NCBI RefSeq assembly: GCF_009914755.1
Contig: NC_060926.1
DNA from: the human T2T-CHM13v2.0 reference genome, Homo sapiens
Length of the DNA stretch: 64,000 nt
Direction: 5' to 3' (one strand)
Each line of letters opens with the position of its first letter. The stretch's first letter is position 1. The notes beneath the pieces were generated by a model. The model was not told the DNA's origin. It ran no database searches and saw only the letters and a program-made list of their open reading frames with translations. Both the position numbers and the translations under genes were made by a program. Below are positions 14,885 through 26,689 of this stretch, in pieces.

Positions 14885-15275
14885 TTCTATGGTAGCACTA
14901 GGCATCATAATACATGAATTTCATATTCTCAGTGTCTTAGCACAAAGTTTATTTCTTGATCATATCATAGTTCATTGAGTGTGTTCTCTGTAAGGCAATG
15001 AACACCATGGTCATTTAGGGACTCAGGTTTCTCCCATCTTATGGTTCCATCTTCTATTAGTTTCTGAGAGTCCTCTCCATTCAGCTAAAGGAAAAGGAAA
15101 GGGGATGAAAGTTGTACAGGAGAACATCAAAGGGCCAGGTCTGGAAGTGGTGGATTTACTGTCCGTATTCTGTTAAGCATACATAACTACAAGGGAGGCT
15201 TAGAAATGGAGTCTAGCTGAGTTCCTACATGGAGGAAAAAAATCTGGTGAAAAATAGAAATATTTGGGCTACCAT
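14885..15275. mobile_element. MaLR LTR relic (MLT1J/K-like)
   Basis: Contains tctcagtgtcttagcacaaagtttatttcttg, ggccaggtctggaagtgg and actacaagggaggcttagaaatggagtctagctg, which are typical MLT1 phrases. Confidence 0.7.
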
Positions 15276-16166
15276 TTATTCATGCTTATCCCTATTATAT
15301 CTTTTGTTTTCTGAATATTGAAAGTTTATTTCACATTTTTTATAACATTTCAGGAGTATACATTTGCATCCTTCATTTTAAGCTTCATTGTTTTCTTAGT
15401 TTAATCTCTTGTGAATAGTGTATTGATAGATATCTCTCTCTCTCTTAACTCAGCCTCATAAGCTCTATTCATTAATGGGAAAATATAACCCATTCATATT
15501 TTTTAAGATGAAGTGTTTAATATTTCTGTGATTTTATTTTATGCTAATTGTTAAACCGTAAGTAGTCATCATTTCCTTTCCTATTTTCTACCTTTAGAAA
15601 ATGTAATGACTTTTTGGGATCTATTTTCATCTATGTAGTGGTTTAGAAATATCATTCACTGAATGAATCAAGATTCTGAGCATGCTTTTTCACTCCTCAG
15701 TGGAAATGAAAACAACAGCAACAACAACAAACCAAATACCCTGGGATGTTCTTCATGTAGATATTGGTTTTTTGTTGCTTTGATGGAAATGTGACAGGAG
15801 AGTAGGACTAATGTTTGTGTTCACTCTACCAGTAGGATTAAATCCAATATTCTCTTCAAAATCTTTGATTTCATTTTTTTTATTTTGTGTATTTTACCCT
15901 ACCTGTCATTGTACCTATTCTATTTCTTGCATTTTTAGTGTATTTTAATTTTTGGTATAATTTTTCTTGTAATACTGAATTCTTTTGGGCTCTCAGTATG
16001 CTCGTTTTATATTTTTGCCAAATTATCTTTTCCTTTACCATTTGCATTTATTCTTGTATATTTGTTTCAGTAGGTCCAAGTTTTCCTAGAAAAAATTGTG
16101 TGTGACATTTTCTCCTGTTTTCTGGAATAATTTTTCTTCTGGTGTGGGTTTTTAAAGTCTGACTTC

Positions 16167-16174
<8 letters not shown>

Positions 16175-16219
<45 letters not shown>
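16175..16219. repeat. (TA)n microsatellite
   Basis: About 22 perfect TA units. Confidence 0.97.
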
Positions 16220-16221
<2 letters not shown>

Positions 16222-17773
16222 TTTTTCGTCTCACTCTTTTCTGAGGAAGTAAAAGCAAGAGTTGTAATGTCTGTGCCTGTGCCTGAGCCCCACACAGAAT
16301 GCTCTCTGTTCATTAATCTTGGTATAGAAAGGGTTGATTTCAATTTCAAACTATTTAATCTGAAGAAAGTTGTGAATTTTTCTTTGGACAGTCTCTCTCC
16401 CTCTCTCCCTTCCTCCCTTCTTCCTCCTCCTTTTCTTCTCTCTTTTCATATTCTTAATCTGCAAACTACTTTTAATAGATTTTTTCTATAAAAATCTATA
16501 AAATTTTTATATAATTTTTTTATATAAATTTTGTGCGCTTTTCTATATCTGGACTTCTTTTCCTTCCTCACTGAAACTCTGGACCACACTATTAAGATCT
16601 CTTCCAGCTTTAGGCTGCATATATCTAAGCCTACTACTATCTTTGAGAACATGTTATGAAATATTACAAATTATTTCACATCTAAAAGTTGAGATTAGAT
16701 TAAGAATTTCCTAACATCTGCTGTCTTAGAACTCCCCCACTCATTATGCTAATAGTTCTCATATCATTTTTGCCAAAGGTGATTTCAAACAGATTAAAAA
16801 CTCCACAGACATTACTTATACTCTTGAAATACATCAGTATTGTGTATGTGTTCAAGTACTTCTATTATGTAAATAATTGCAAAAAAGTAAAATATCTTCT
16901 TTAAATATAGATGATATTTGAAGCATTTGATTAGAATGTATACATATCTAAAACATTCATTTTTTAATTTTCATAAATTAGAAAATATCAAACTTCAGTA
17001 TAATTAAATTAATATTTTAACCATTCAGCTAATAAAATTTTCTGTGGTTTGGGAAGGAAGAATGATAGCTTAAATTAATTCCCTTTGTTATTTTGAGATT
17101 TTTTGTTCATTTGGGACTATAGATAAAAGAAGATAATGTTCTCTTCCTTTAAAGCTTGGATTGAAGGGTGTATCTTACATGTATTATAAACAATATAAAA
17201 TATTCTGATAATGACATTGTTTAATTATGAGTGTTTGACATAGAAAGCAATGATCTCTGACACTTTTTATTTTTTCAGAATAAATTGAAAATATATTACC
17301 TGGCTACCTAACCAGGTGCCACCATGTTAAGCAATTTTATTATAGTTTCAGAGAAAAGCTAGCCTATGTAAAGCATGTTCTTTGAAGATACAAGTCTAAC
17401 ACATTGACACATATATCATACACCCACACCTACCAATAGAAAACAACAACAACACAACAACCTCATTAAAATTAATGAGGCAAATGGTGCTATTTTTGAT
17501 GGGACACTAATGAGAGAATCTTTTTTTTTTAACCAAATAGAATCTTATTAATTTATGTCAGAAACAGAAGTGGAGACACAGTCATATTAGAAGTGTTAAT
17601 TCCGCAAGGGAATATCTCCAATGGTCCTTTAACTGGGCTTAACCACTTATTTAATCAAACTTATTTAGCTTCATGTTAACGTTACATGATTTAAGATCAT
17701 TCCTATATCATAGTATAAGCTCTCTGAAAAAATGTTATTATTCACCTATATACCCCCAGTACAAAGAATAATA

Positions 17774-18123
17774 CAGTCATGCACTGCATAACAATGTTTT
17801 GATCAATGACAGCTCATATATGTGGTGGCAGTTCCGTAGGAATATAATACAGTATTTTTACCATACCATTTCTATGCTTAAATATATTGAGATACACAAA
17901 TACTTACCATTATGCTACAATTGCCTGTAGTGTTCAGTACAGTAATATGCTAGACTAGTTTATAGCCTACAAGCAATAGGCTATACCATGTAGCCTAAGT
18001 GTGTGGTAGGCTATACCATCTAGGTTTGTGTAAGTGTACACTCTATGATATTCCCACAATGACAAAATTGTGTAATGGTGCATTTCTCAGAATGTATCCC
18101 TGTCATTAAGTGATGTGTGACTG
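17774..18123. mobile_element. Tigger3a/MER7A-like DNA transposon MITE
   Basis: Imperfect terminal inverted repeats cagtcatgcactgcataac...attaagtgatgtgtgactg flanked by TA duplications; internal taggctataccat repeats characteristic of Tigger3. Confidence 0.9.
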
Positions 18124-18691
18124 TACTTTGAATGCTGTAGGAGCACCCTTTCTTCCCCTATTCTAAAATAAAAATATATTTTGTTTCACTTTTATAGTTT
18201 TTGAATGTAAAAAAAATTAAATAAAACTGAGATGTTGATCTTTTAAATTGAACCAAAAATCTTTCTGAAACCAGTGTTGGTACACATCATTTTGAAGGGT
18301 ACTATATAAATAAATAAAAATAAAATCAAATTTTAATTAAATTTTATTATACCAACATATTAAAAGTAATGGTGAATTCCATTATAAAATGGTATATTCC
18401 TTGTAATGTGAACATCTGTTATTTGTCTTGATGACAAATAAGATGTCATCATCACATCACATGAAGATCCATGTGATGTTTCATCAACTACTGATGTGGA
18501 CACATGTGCATAGTAACAAATTCATCTTTGAGATGAACGTAAAAAATGTGCTTAATATGCTTATTAATTGACACCAGGCTACGTGATTGTCTATCACAAT
18601 ACACCCACTTTTATGTCAGCATTTTCTCATATTTGAGATAGAATACCTATAGTCCATCCTGGAGGGGAAGAAAGCATGCAAAAATGCATGA

Positions 18692-19000
18692 ACATTCATT
18701 CTGCAAATACTTAGTTGAGCGCCTACTTTGCATCACAGAGTGGTATACATATGTGTCGAGCATTAAGATATGTACTGAGAAATAGCAGTTAACATACAGA
18801 AAAGGACTCTGCTCCCATGGAGTTTATATCCTAATTTAATGAGACTGGAAATGGGCAGAAAAATAAAATATGTAGTGTATATGTGTTGCTATGACAACAA
18901 GAAAATTAAAACAGAGAGCAGATACTGGAAATTTAAATAGGGTGGCCAGAGAAGGCCTCAGAAAGGTGACATTTGAGTAAAATCTGAAGGAGGTGAAGGT
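18692..19000 (-). mobile_element. L2a 3' fragment
   Basis: attcattctgcaaatacttagttgagcgcctact...ctctgctcccatggagttta...ggtgacatttgag. Confidence 0.75.
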
Positions 19001-19107
19001 TTTTTTTTTTTTTTGAAAAAGTATAGTTAGGTTTTGTTGATGACAGGGATTTATATGATCATGATAGCTTCAATCAGAGTAAAATAAAAAACGAAAATAT
19101 CGTAGGA

Positions 19108-19407
19108 GGCCAGGCGTGATGGCTCACGCCTGTAATCTCAGCACTTTGGAAGGCCAAGGCAGACGGATCACCTGAGGTCAGGAGTTCACGAACCAGCCTG
19201 ACCAACATGGAAAAACCCTGTCTTTATTAAAAATATAAAAATTAGCAGGGCATGATGGCAGGCACCTGTGATCCCAGCTACTCGGGAGACTGAGGCAGGA
19301 AAATCACTTGAACCTCAGAAGCAGGGGCTGCAGTGGGCCAAGATCATGCCACTGCACTCCAGCCTGGGCGACAGAGCGAGACTATCTCAAAAAAACAAAA
19401 GAAGAAA
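19108..19407 (+). mobile_element. Alu (AluSx/Sp-like)
   Basis: Full dimer; 15-bp TSD gaaaatat(c/a)gtagga at 19093-19107 and 19408-19422. Confidence 0.97.
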
Positions 19408-19814
19408 GAAAATATAGTAGGAAAGGGTACATTAATTAAGATACTTATAAAACTATATATTTTAAAGACCATAGCAGGATTCATATTTTAGGAACCATGG
19501 CCTTTAGTTCTGTATTTAATAAATTTAACAGAAAATTATTCTCTAAATATAAGCATTTAAAGTAATCATTAACTTGCTGTTTGGAGATATGCACATTAAT
19601 CAATTACTTTTCTATCAAAACAAAGTTTACATCATTGTGACATGGACTTTGCTTCCGTTAACTTCTCTATTATAGTTACCATATTGATTACTAGTTATTT
19701 GTGTGTTTTGTTATTATTCTATAGCTTTATTGAATATAAGGACCCTATGTGTTCATCTTTTTCTTGTGTACAAAAGCAGAGTAACGCATGGCACTCAGTA
19801 ATAACTTTTGAATA

Positions 19815-20480
19815 AATTGATTCATTCATTCAATAAATAAGTATTGACATACTACTGTTTTAAGAACTGGAGATACATTGGTAACTAAAACAGAAAAAAT
19901 ATCTGGATTCATGAAGTCTACATGTTAGTGGAAAAAGTCAATAAATCAAATAAGCAAAAATACATGTCAATTAAAATCTATTATAAGAAAAATCGAGAAA
20001 GTAATAGCAAGTAGTGAGAAAGTATATACTCTCTTACCTTTTATACCTCCCAGAGGCAGTGATATTGAAGATGAATCAGAAAGAGAGGGAATAATTTGAG
20101 TCAAGGGGATTCCTGAAAGAGGAAACCAGAAGTCCAAAAGCTCAGGTCTTGCTCAAAGGCACAGAGCAAGAGGCTGAGGTTTGAGAGGAGAGGGGTCAAT
20201 ATGATAGGCAAATGGTCAGGTCACATAAACCTGTAAACTGTGATCGAGTGTTTCAATTTGAACCAGTAGTGTGTTTGGGCCAGAGAAGTGACATGATTCT
20301 GTTTATATCTTTTAATGATTGCTCTGTCAGCTTGGTAATGAAATTGAGTGTAAAGGGTTAGGAACGGAGGCAGGTGGAACAGTTCGGAAGCTCTATGTCG
20401 TGTTTTTAAGAGGTGGTCCCTGTGTTGATCTAGAGTAGTAGAAACAAGGGTGATTAAGAACAAAACGGAAATGGATTAAA
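19815..20480 (-). mobile_element. L2 fragment
   Basis: ttcattcattcaataaataagtattga 3' microsatellite end followed by L2 body phrases (gaagtgacatgattctgtttatatctttt). Confidence 0.7.
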
Positions 20481-20739
20481 TATAATAGTACGAAGGGAAG
20501 CGTCATTGAAAATATCTGGTTGGACTTTTCAAATACATGATTTCTTGTAAATGTATTGATAAATATATATAATGGTGATATTTGAATTGTATCACTATTT
20601 GGTAGCTTTTAACAAAAATTTCAGCTATCAAAGTGAAATATTTATCAGAATCAACCTCAAATTGTTATTGAGGATGAGTGCTATCTTTTCACAGGTTTCT
20701 TGTGAAAATTACTTTTAATTGTAGTATTAACTGGTAATT

Positions 20740-21660
20740 TATTATTGCTTCTTTAAATTAAAAATCACCTTTTTGGGGAGTTCTTCTAAGAATTTCTTGG
20801 TCTTTAGTTTTCGTATTTACTTATGGTATAGCAAGGACGGATTTTTTAAAAATTTATTTATCCTGGTTGAGGTTTGTAGTGATTTTTGAATCTGTGGCTT
20901 AATGTGTTTCAGCAGCTTTGAAAAGTTCTCAGCCTTAGGTTTAAATACAGCTTCTCCTCTCTCTCCTCTTTTACTGAGACCCCAGTTATACATCTCAAAA
21001 CCTTTTCTTATATCTTATGCTGTTTTCACAATTTTCCATTCTTTTGTTTCTCTGTGCTCCAGGTATGCATGTTTTATTCTGACCTATTCAGTTTATTTTT
21101 CTATGTTTAATCTACTATCAAATTTCTCTTAATTTCAACTATTTTCAGGTCTAAATTTTTATTTTATTGGTTATTTCCAATTAGCTGCCAAAACTTTTCA
21201 TCTTACTTATATTTTGAAAATATTGTATCTATATCTGGATCATCTAGATTTATTATGGATCCAATTTCATCAAATTCTCTATTTGTTGTCAATTGTTTAT
21301 TAAAAATCTTTTTGAATCAAGTGTAAGACATTACATATTAAAAAGTACAGAGATAATTTAAGAATCTGGAGGATGATATTTTATTCCAGAAAGAATGTGT
21401 TTCTTTTCCATTTTTTGCAGGCCCTTTAGGTTAGGAGCAGATCACCTTAATCCGAGTAGAGATGATGTTTATTCAATACCGGGTTTCTGCCTTTGTGAGG
21501 GATGGTATATTTCTGGTTTGCTCTTCTGTTTAAGGCATAGTCCTTCAGGATCCCAACTGAATGCCTCAGGGCCCCTTTACCTTGGTAGAATATAAACGGC
21601 AATTTTGTTTCTCAAGCCCTGTGAGGCTGCCATCAACTCTGATAAGCTTCTCAGCCTATC
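20740..21660 (-). mobile_element. Old L1M fragment
   Basis: tttgaatctgtggcttaatgtgtttcagcagctttgaaaagttctcagcc resembles antisense L1M ORF1-region sequence. Boundaries approximate. Confidence 0.55.
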
Positions 21661-21669
21661 ACCTATAGC

Positions 21670-21961
21670 TTTTAATTAATTTTTATTGATTGATTCAGAC
21701 AGTCAATCAATAACAGCTGTAATAATAGCTCACCGTAATCTTGTGAACTCTTTCACTTAAGTGATCCTCCCACCTGAACCTCTTGAATAGGTTGGACTAC
21801 AGCTGTAAGCCACCACAACCAACTAATTTATTTTTTATGTTTTGTAAAGATGGGGTCTTACTATGTTGCCCAGGCTGATTCTGAACTCCTGGGCTCAAGC
21901 GATCCTCCCACCTTGACCTCCCAAAGTGTTGGTATTACAGGCATGAGCCACTTCAACCAGC
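21670..21961 (-). mobile_element. AluJ-like, degraded right arm
   Basis: gaactcctgggctcaagcgatcctcccaccttgacctcccaaagtg carries AluJ diagnostics; atagctttt is present on both flanks. Confidence 0.9.
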
Positions 21962-22116
21962 GTACTCATAGCTTTTCAATGCAGAATGCCTCAGGAGAAG
22001 AAGCAAGACCAAACTGTGAGCTCATCTGTCCAGGATTCCATTCTCTTCAAAATCTTGGCTCACATGTTTTCTATGTGTTGTTAGCTCTTGAGTGCCCTAG
22101 ATGGAAGGTAGGTAGT

Positions 22117-22123
22117 TGTGTGT

Positions 22124-22162
<39 letters not shown>
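22117..22162. repeat. (TG)n microsatellite
   Basis: Directly visible, with one interruption. Confidence 0.95.
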
Positions 22163-22167
<5 letters not shown>

Positions 22168-22329
22168 TCTCTGGCAGAAAGTTAATCTGAAGCTAGTCAG
22201 CCATTGCCTGAAACGTTTTGCTTGATGGAAAAAAATGACAGAATACAAAATATTTTTAGAGGACTATTAATCACCTTATTGCATATATTTAGGAAACAAA
22301 AAATATATATGTATATGTATACTTATATA

Positions 22330-23870
22330 TGTAATTAAATATTTAAAAGGTATAAAAATCAAAATAACCCCAAAGAAAATGTACTAAAAAATTTAATAAA
22401 GATAAAAGCCAAAAACGAAATGATGAGGCAGCAAACTAAAAATGAAGCAGATTTGATCAATAAAACTGAAAAGCTGTTCCCTTAAAAAGAAACAGTAGTA
22501 ACATTGAAAATATTTGACAATTATAGCCAAAAAGAGCGAAAAGAAATTATACTGGAGATAAGAAAATGGCTACAAGTAAGAAATGTCTTACAAAAAGTAT
22601 TTGCATAAAACTCCATTAATAACTCAGAAAACATAGATAATATTAATTATTTTTAGGAAAATTTAAGCCTAGAAAATTAACTCAAGAAATTGAAATTTTC
22701 TCAATAGAAAAAATTTGAAAAATAATAAAATATCTGTACCTGAAAGAGCATAAGGAACATTTTTTATAGATGCATATTACCAAACCTTCAAAGACCAAGC
22801 ACTCTCCATGTTATATAAGGTCTTACACGTAGAAATATGAAAAACAGGCAGGGCATGGTGGCTCACATCTCTAATCCCAACACTTTGGATGGCGAAGGCA
22901 GGTGGATCACTTGAGGTCAGGAGTTTGAGACCAGCTTGGCTAACATGGTAAAACCCTGTCTCTTGTAAAATACAAAAGTTAGCCGGGCGTGGTGGCGCAT
23001 GCCTATAATCCCATTACTTGAGAGGCTGAGGCAGAACCGCTAGAACCTGGGAGGCAGAGGTTGCAGTGAGTCAAGATCACACCACTGCACTCCAGCCCGG
23101 GCAACAGAGCAAGACTCTGTCTCAAGAAAAAAGAAATATGGAAAACATCCCAATTTATTTATGAGAATTGAATAACCAGAAAACAAAATCAAGCAAGGAT
23201 AGCACCAAAAAGGAAACTAACTGCAGGCTGATCATGATGATGGTAGGATTTCAAAATACAATATTAGTAACCAAATCTTGTTGACCAAGTGAAATACTTA
23301 TATTCAGAGTGCAAGTATCTCTAACAGGATGAAATTTGTTTTGGTATATCCTAACTAAGACACAATAAAGAAGAAAAATCAAGTGATCATCTCATTCATT
23401 GTTTAGGAAAAAAAATTGATAAAATTGAATACCTGATTTTAGAGAATAGTGGACCACAATAGAAATAGATTATCATAGGAAAAAATGACTTATGTAAACA
23501 AATTTTAAAACCATAAAATTTAAAACCTCTTTGTGACTAAAGATACTACAAAGAACATAAAAAAAGGATTGGCAGATGAAAAAAATATATTTGCAAGGAG
23601 GGAAAATATAAGACAGCACCTCGAAATGCATAAGAAATATGCCAATAGATAACTAAAAAAAATTTAAAGGCAAATAATTAAAATTTTGAATAAGCTTATA
23701 GAAAAAAAAGTTTAACTTTACTAAGAGTCAGGGAATTGCAGCCTAAATTGGGACACCATTCTCACCTATCATGTTGATAAATATTAAAAAGTAAAAAGAT
23801 TAATCATGTTCCGTTTTAAAAGAATGCTGGTGAAAGGCATTCTTATTCAAGATGATGTCTAGGTGAAAGG
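22330..23870 (+). mobile_element. Old L1M ORF2 relic interrupted by an Alu
   Basis: A-rich L1 ORF2 phrases (taccaaaccttcaaaga, caatttatttatgaga, aaaatcaagtgatcatctca, aaattgaatacc). Confidence 0.7.
22847..23131 (+). mobile_element. Alu (AluSx/Sz-like)
   Basis: Full dimer; 16-bp TSD agaaatatg(a/g)aaaaca at 22831-22846 and 23132-23147. Confidence 0.97.
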
Positions 23871-23875
23871 CAAAG

Positions 23876-24341
23876 TTATAGCAGCACAATTTGTAATTGC
23901 AAAAATGTGGAACCAAACCAAATGCCCATTAATCAACGAGTGGGTAAAGAAACTGTGGTATATATATACAATGGAATACTACTAAGCCATAAAAATGAAT
24001 GAATTAATGGCATTTGCAGCAACCTGGATGAGATTGGAGACTATTATTCCAAGTGAAGTAACTCCCGAATGGAAAACCAGACATCGTATGTTCTCACTCA
24101 TAAGTGGGAGCTAAGATATGAGGATGCAGAGGCATAAAAATGACACAATGGACTTTGGGGACTCAAGGGGAAAGGGTGGGAAGGGGCTAAGGCATAAAAG
24201 ACTACAAATCAGGTGCAGTGTATGCTGCCTGGGTGATGGGTACACCAACACCTCACAAATCACCGCTAAAGAACTTACTCATGTAACCAAACACCACCTG
24301 TTCCCCAATAACCTATGGAAATAATAATTAAAAAAAAAAAA
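23876..24341 (+). mobile_element. L1PB1-like 3' end
   Basis: End of ORF2 and 3' UTR: gcagcaacctggatgagattggagac...aaagaacttactcatgtaaccaaacaccacctgttccccaataacctatggaaataa, then poly-A. Confidence 0.92.
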
Positions 24342-24465
24342 ACCTAGATGATGGATTGTTAGTTGCAGCAAACCACCGTGACACATGTTTACCTATGTAA
24401 CAAACATGCACATCCTTCACATGTACCCTGGAACTTAAAATAATTTTTAAAAAAACAAAAACAAA
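24342..24465 (+). mobile_element. Short older L1PA 3' terminus
   Basis: gcagcaaaccaccgtgacacatgtttacctatgtaacaaacatgcacatcc...gaacttaaaataa followed by an A-rich tail. Confidence 0.88.
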
Positions 24466-25009
24466 GGGTGAAGTTACTTGGTCTCGTGGCATATAAAATA
24501 ATAGTCTGTATTCTCCAAGTCTTTCATTTATTCTTTCAATAAATAGCACTTTCTCTTTGCCAAACTGAATTAAAGGTCCTGGGGACCCTGCAAGCCATAA
24601 AGAGGCAAAATTAGAGTTTCTGTCCTCATAGAGTTTGCCTTCTAAGGAGAATCCTTGCTGGTTTCACTCGATTGCAGTTGGTCTGGTCTCCCCCTGTTGT
24701 TCTTTGTCCTCTGTTACTCTGTCATGCTTGCCTGGATTTTGTTGTTGTTGTCAATTTGCTTTGGTTTGTTTTCTAGCTGGTATCAAGCTGCTCCCACTGC
24801 CAAAGTTGGTAAGCCCTTTCTTTTGTTTTACTTCTGAGGTCCCTTCTTTCTCCAGCCTCTTGGTCCTGACCTCAGGTTGGAGCTTTTAGTGCATCTGTAA
24901 TTGTTCTCACGGGCACAGCAACACAAACACAGTAACACAAGCCATTTACAGACTGTCTTAGTCCTAGGCATAGACCCTGCCTCTGCCCTTGCTTCCCTGC
25001 CTGCCACTT

Positions 25010-25047
25010 CCCCCCCCACCCCCCCACCCCCCCACCCCCACGCCCCC
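25010..25047 (-). repeat. C-run tract (G-quadruplex-forming on the - strand)
   Basis: Five runs of five or more C separated by 1-3 nt. Confidence 0.8.
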
Positions 25048-25739
25048 AACACCACTCCACCAGAAGCTTAGGATCAGGCAACAGATTTCTCTCAGCATAC
25101 TGTCTCACCTCTAACCCCTCTTGGGATGGGGGTCAGGACTACCAATTCGCTTTTCAGGGATTCTGGCAGGCGTTTTCACTCTAATAGGGATTCTGCGAAG
25201 TCTCTGTGGTTGAGGTGCTCCTTTCCTTTTTTGCTTCTTAGAAGTTGCCATTGAGGTGAAAACTTCTTTGAAAAAGTTGGTCTAAGAGGTATTGGAGAAT
25301 GTAGTGCCTGAGTAAGCAGGAAGATTCAACCTGGGTCTCGGGGGGTCTTAAGTCAGGTCTCTTTATCCCCTTCTACATAGGATTTAATTGCTGCAGCCTA
25401 CAATAATATGCTCATTACTTGTCACATTTTCTAATTGCATTTTGTAATTTATCTGTGCCTGATGATCACACCTGTGCATTATGGAGATATACCACACATG
25501 CTTATGCATAGGTGTGAACGGTTACACATACTTTCTTCTTTCTCCTGCCATTCTTTTGAAGAGTTTCTCTTATTTCACAAAATGCACTAGGAGAAGAGCA
25601 TCTGGGGGAAGTAAAATGAGAGGGGTGGTTTCAGATACACCTTGTTTTGTACTTGTCTGTACTTAATATGGATAATTAGATACTCTTTACTAGGTACTTT
25701 GCCACAGGGTTTTCATGGATTGCATTTAATTGTTGCCAC

Positions 25740-25900
25740 ATTCTTATGCAGTGGCTACCCTTTTTAATCTCTACAGGTGAGACAGAAGCACCAAGTAGTG
25801 AAATGACTTGTGCAGGACTGAGCTTGTGAATGACGGGCACAGATATGACCAAAGTGGTATCTGCCAAGCCCATATGTTTCAACTTGAGCGATACTGTCTC
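25740..25900 (-). mobile_element. MIR
   Basis: ctacaggtgagacagaagcaccaagtagtgaaatgacttg matches the reverse MIR core. Confidence 0.6.
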
Positions 25901-26689
25901 TTGCTGTTCTGCTACTTTTATGTTCTGCTTCTGCACTCAAAGTTATAGGCTTTCATTTTGTTAGACATTACAAAGATGTAAAAGAAATTTAAGCCATAGT
26001 CCAAAAATTGAGAATGCCATATGATATATCCAAATGTCATAATATTACATGACTACTAAAAAGATTGTTTATGAAGAGTTTATAGTAACTTGAGAAACCA
26101 ATTTTTGGATAAAGGTAAAAACCTGGATCCACAATTGGATGAAAGTTTCTGCAACTGCTGATGGAGTAGGGTTTCACCTGCCATCATCTGTAGAACAAGA
26201 AACTCAAACTAATAGGAATAGTATATTTTGGGTACAATAATACTATTTTTTATTGTCAGAAAATTTGCATGGCTTTGGATTAGTACCCTAGTAGCACCTG
26301 TTAGCTTAGAGTCAATTGCAGAGACTGTGTCCTGTGAGAAACACATGCTACAGGCCCAACAACAGGAAGAGGATAAAGGGATAGTGGCCTCACTGGAGTC
26401 ATCAGGACAGCCCCGTGGTAAATGATGTGATAGAAAAATTCTCCCCATCTACTTGTGCTGAGCCTTTCCTTTCTTGGAGTTGTAGTTTCTCTTTTGCTGA
26501 GACACCTGTTGTCCTCAAGTTCTTCTCCAGGCCTCTCTCAAAATTCCATTTCAAATACCTAAGGCTAAGTGTAAATATTCAAATGAAACTGTCAAAATTT
26601 ACTAAGAGATATAAATAAAACCTTGCAATAGTGAGACATACTTTCTTTTCTGAGGTGGAAGTCTTACTAGTTTTAAATTTTTTGTTCGT

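Larger units (their letters stand above)
13480..16640 (-). mobile_element. Old L1M fragments, interrupted by an LTR
   Basis: Long T-rich degenerate tract typical of antisense ancient L1; no intact frame. Boundaries approximate. Confidence 0.45.

Noticed and set aside
16067-16491. ORFs containing YIYIYI runs
   Set aside because: Translations of the (TA)n microsatellite.
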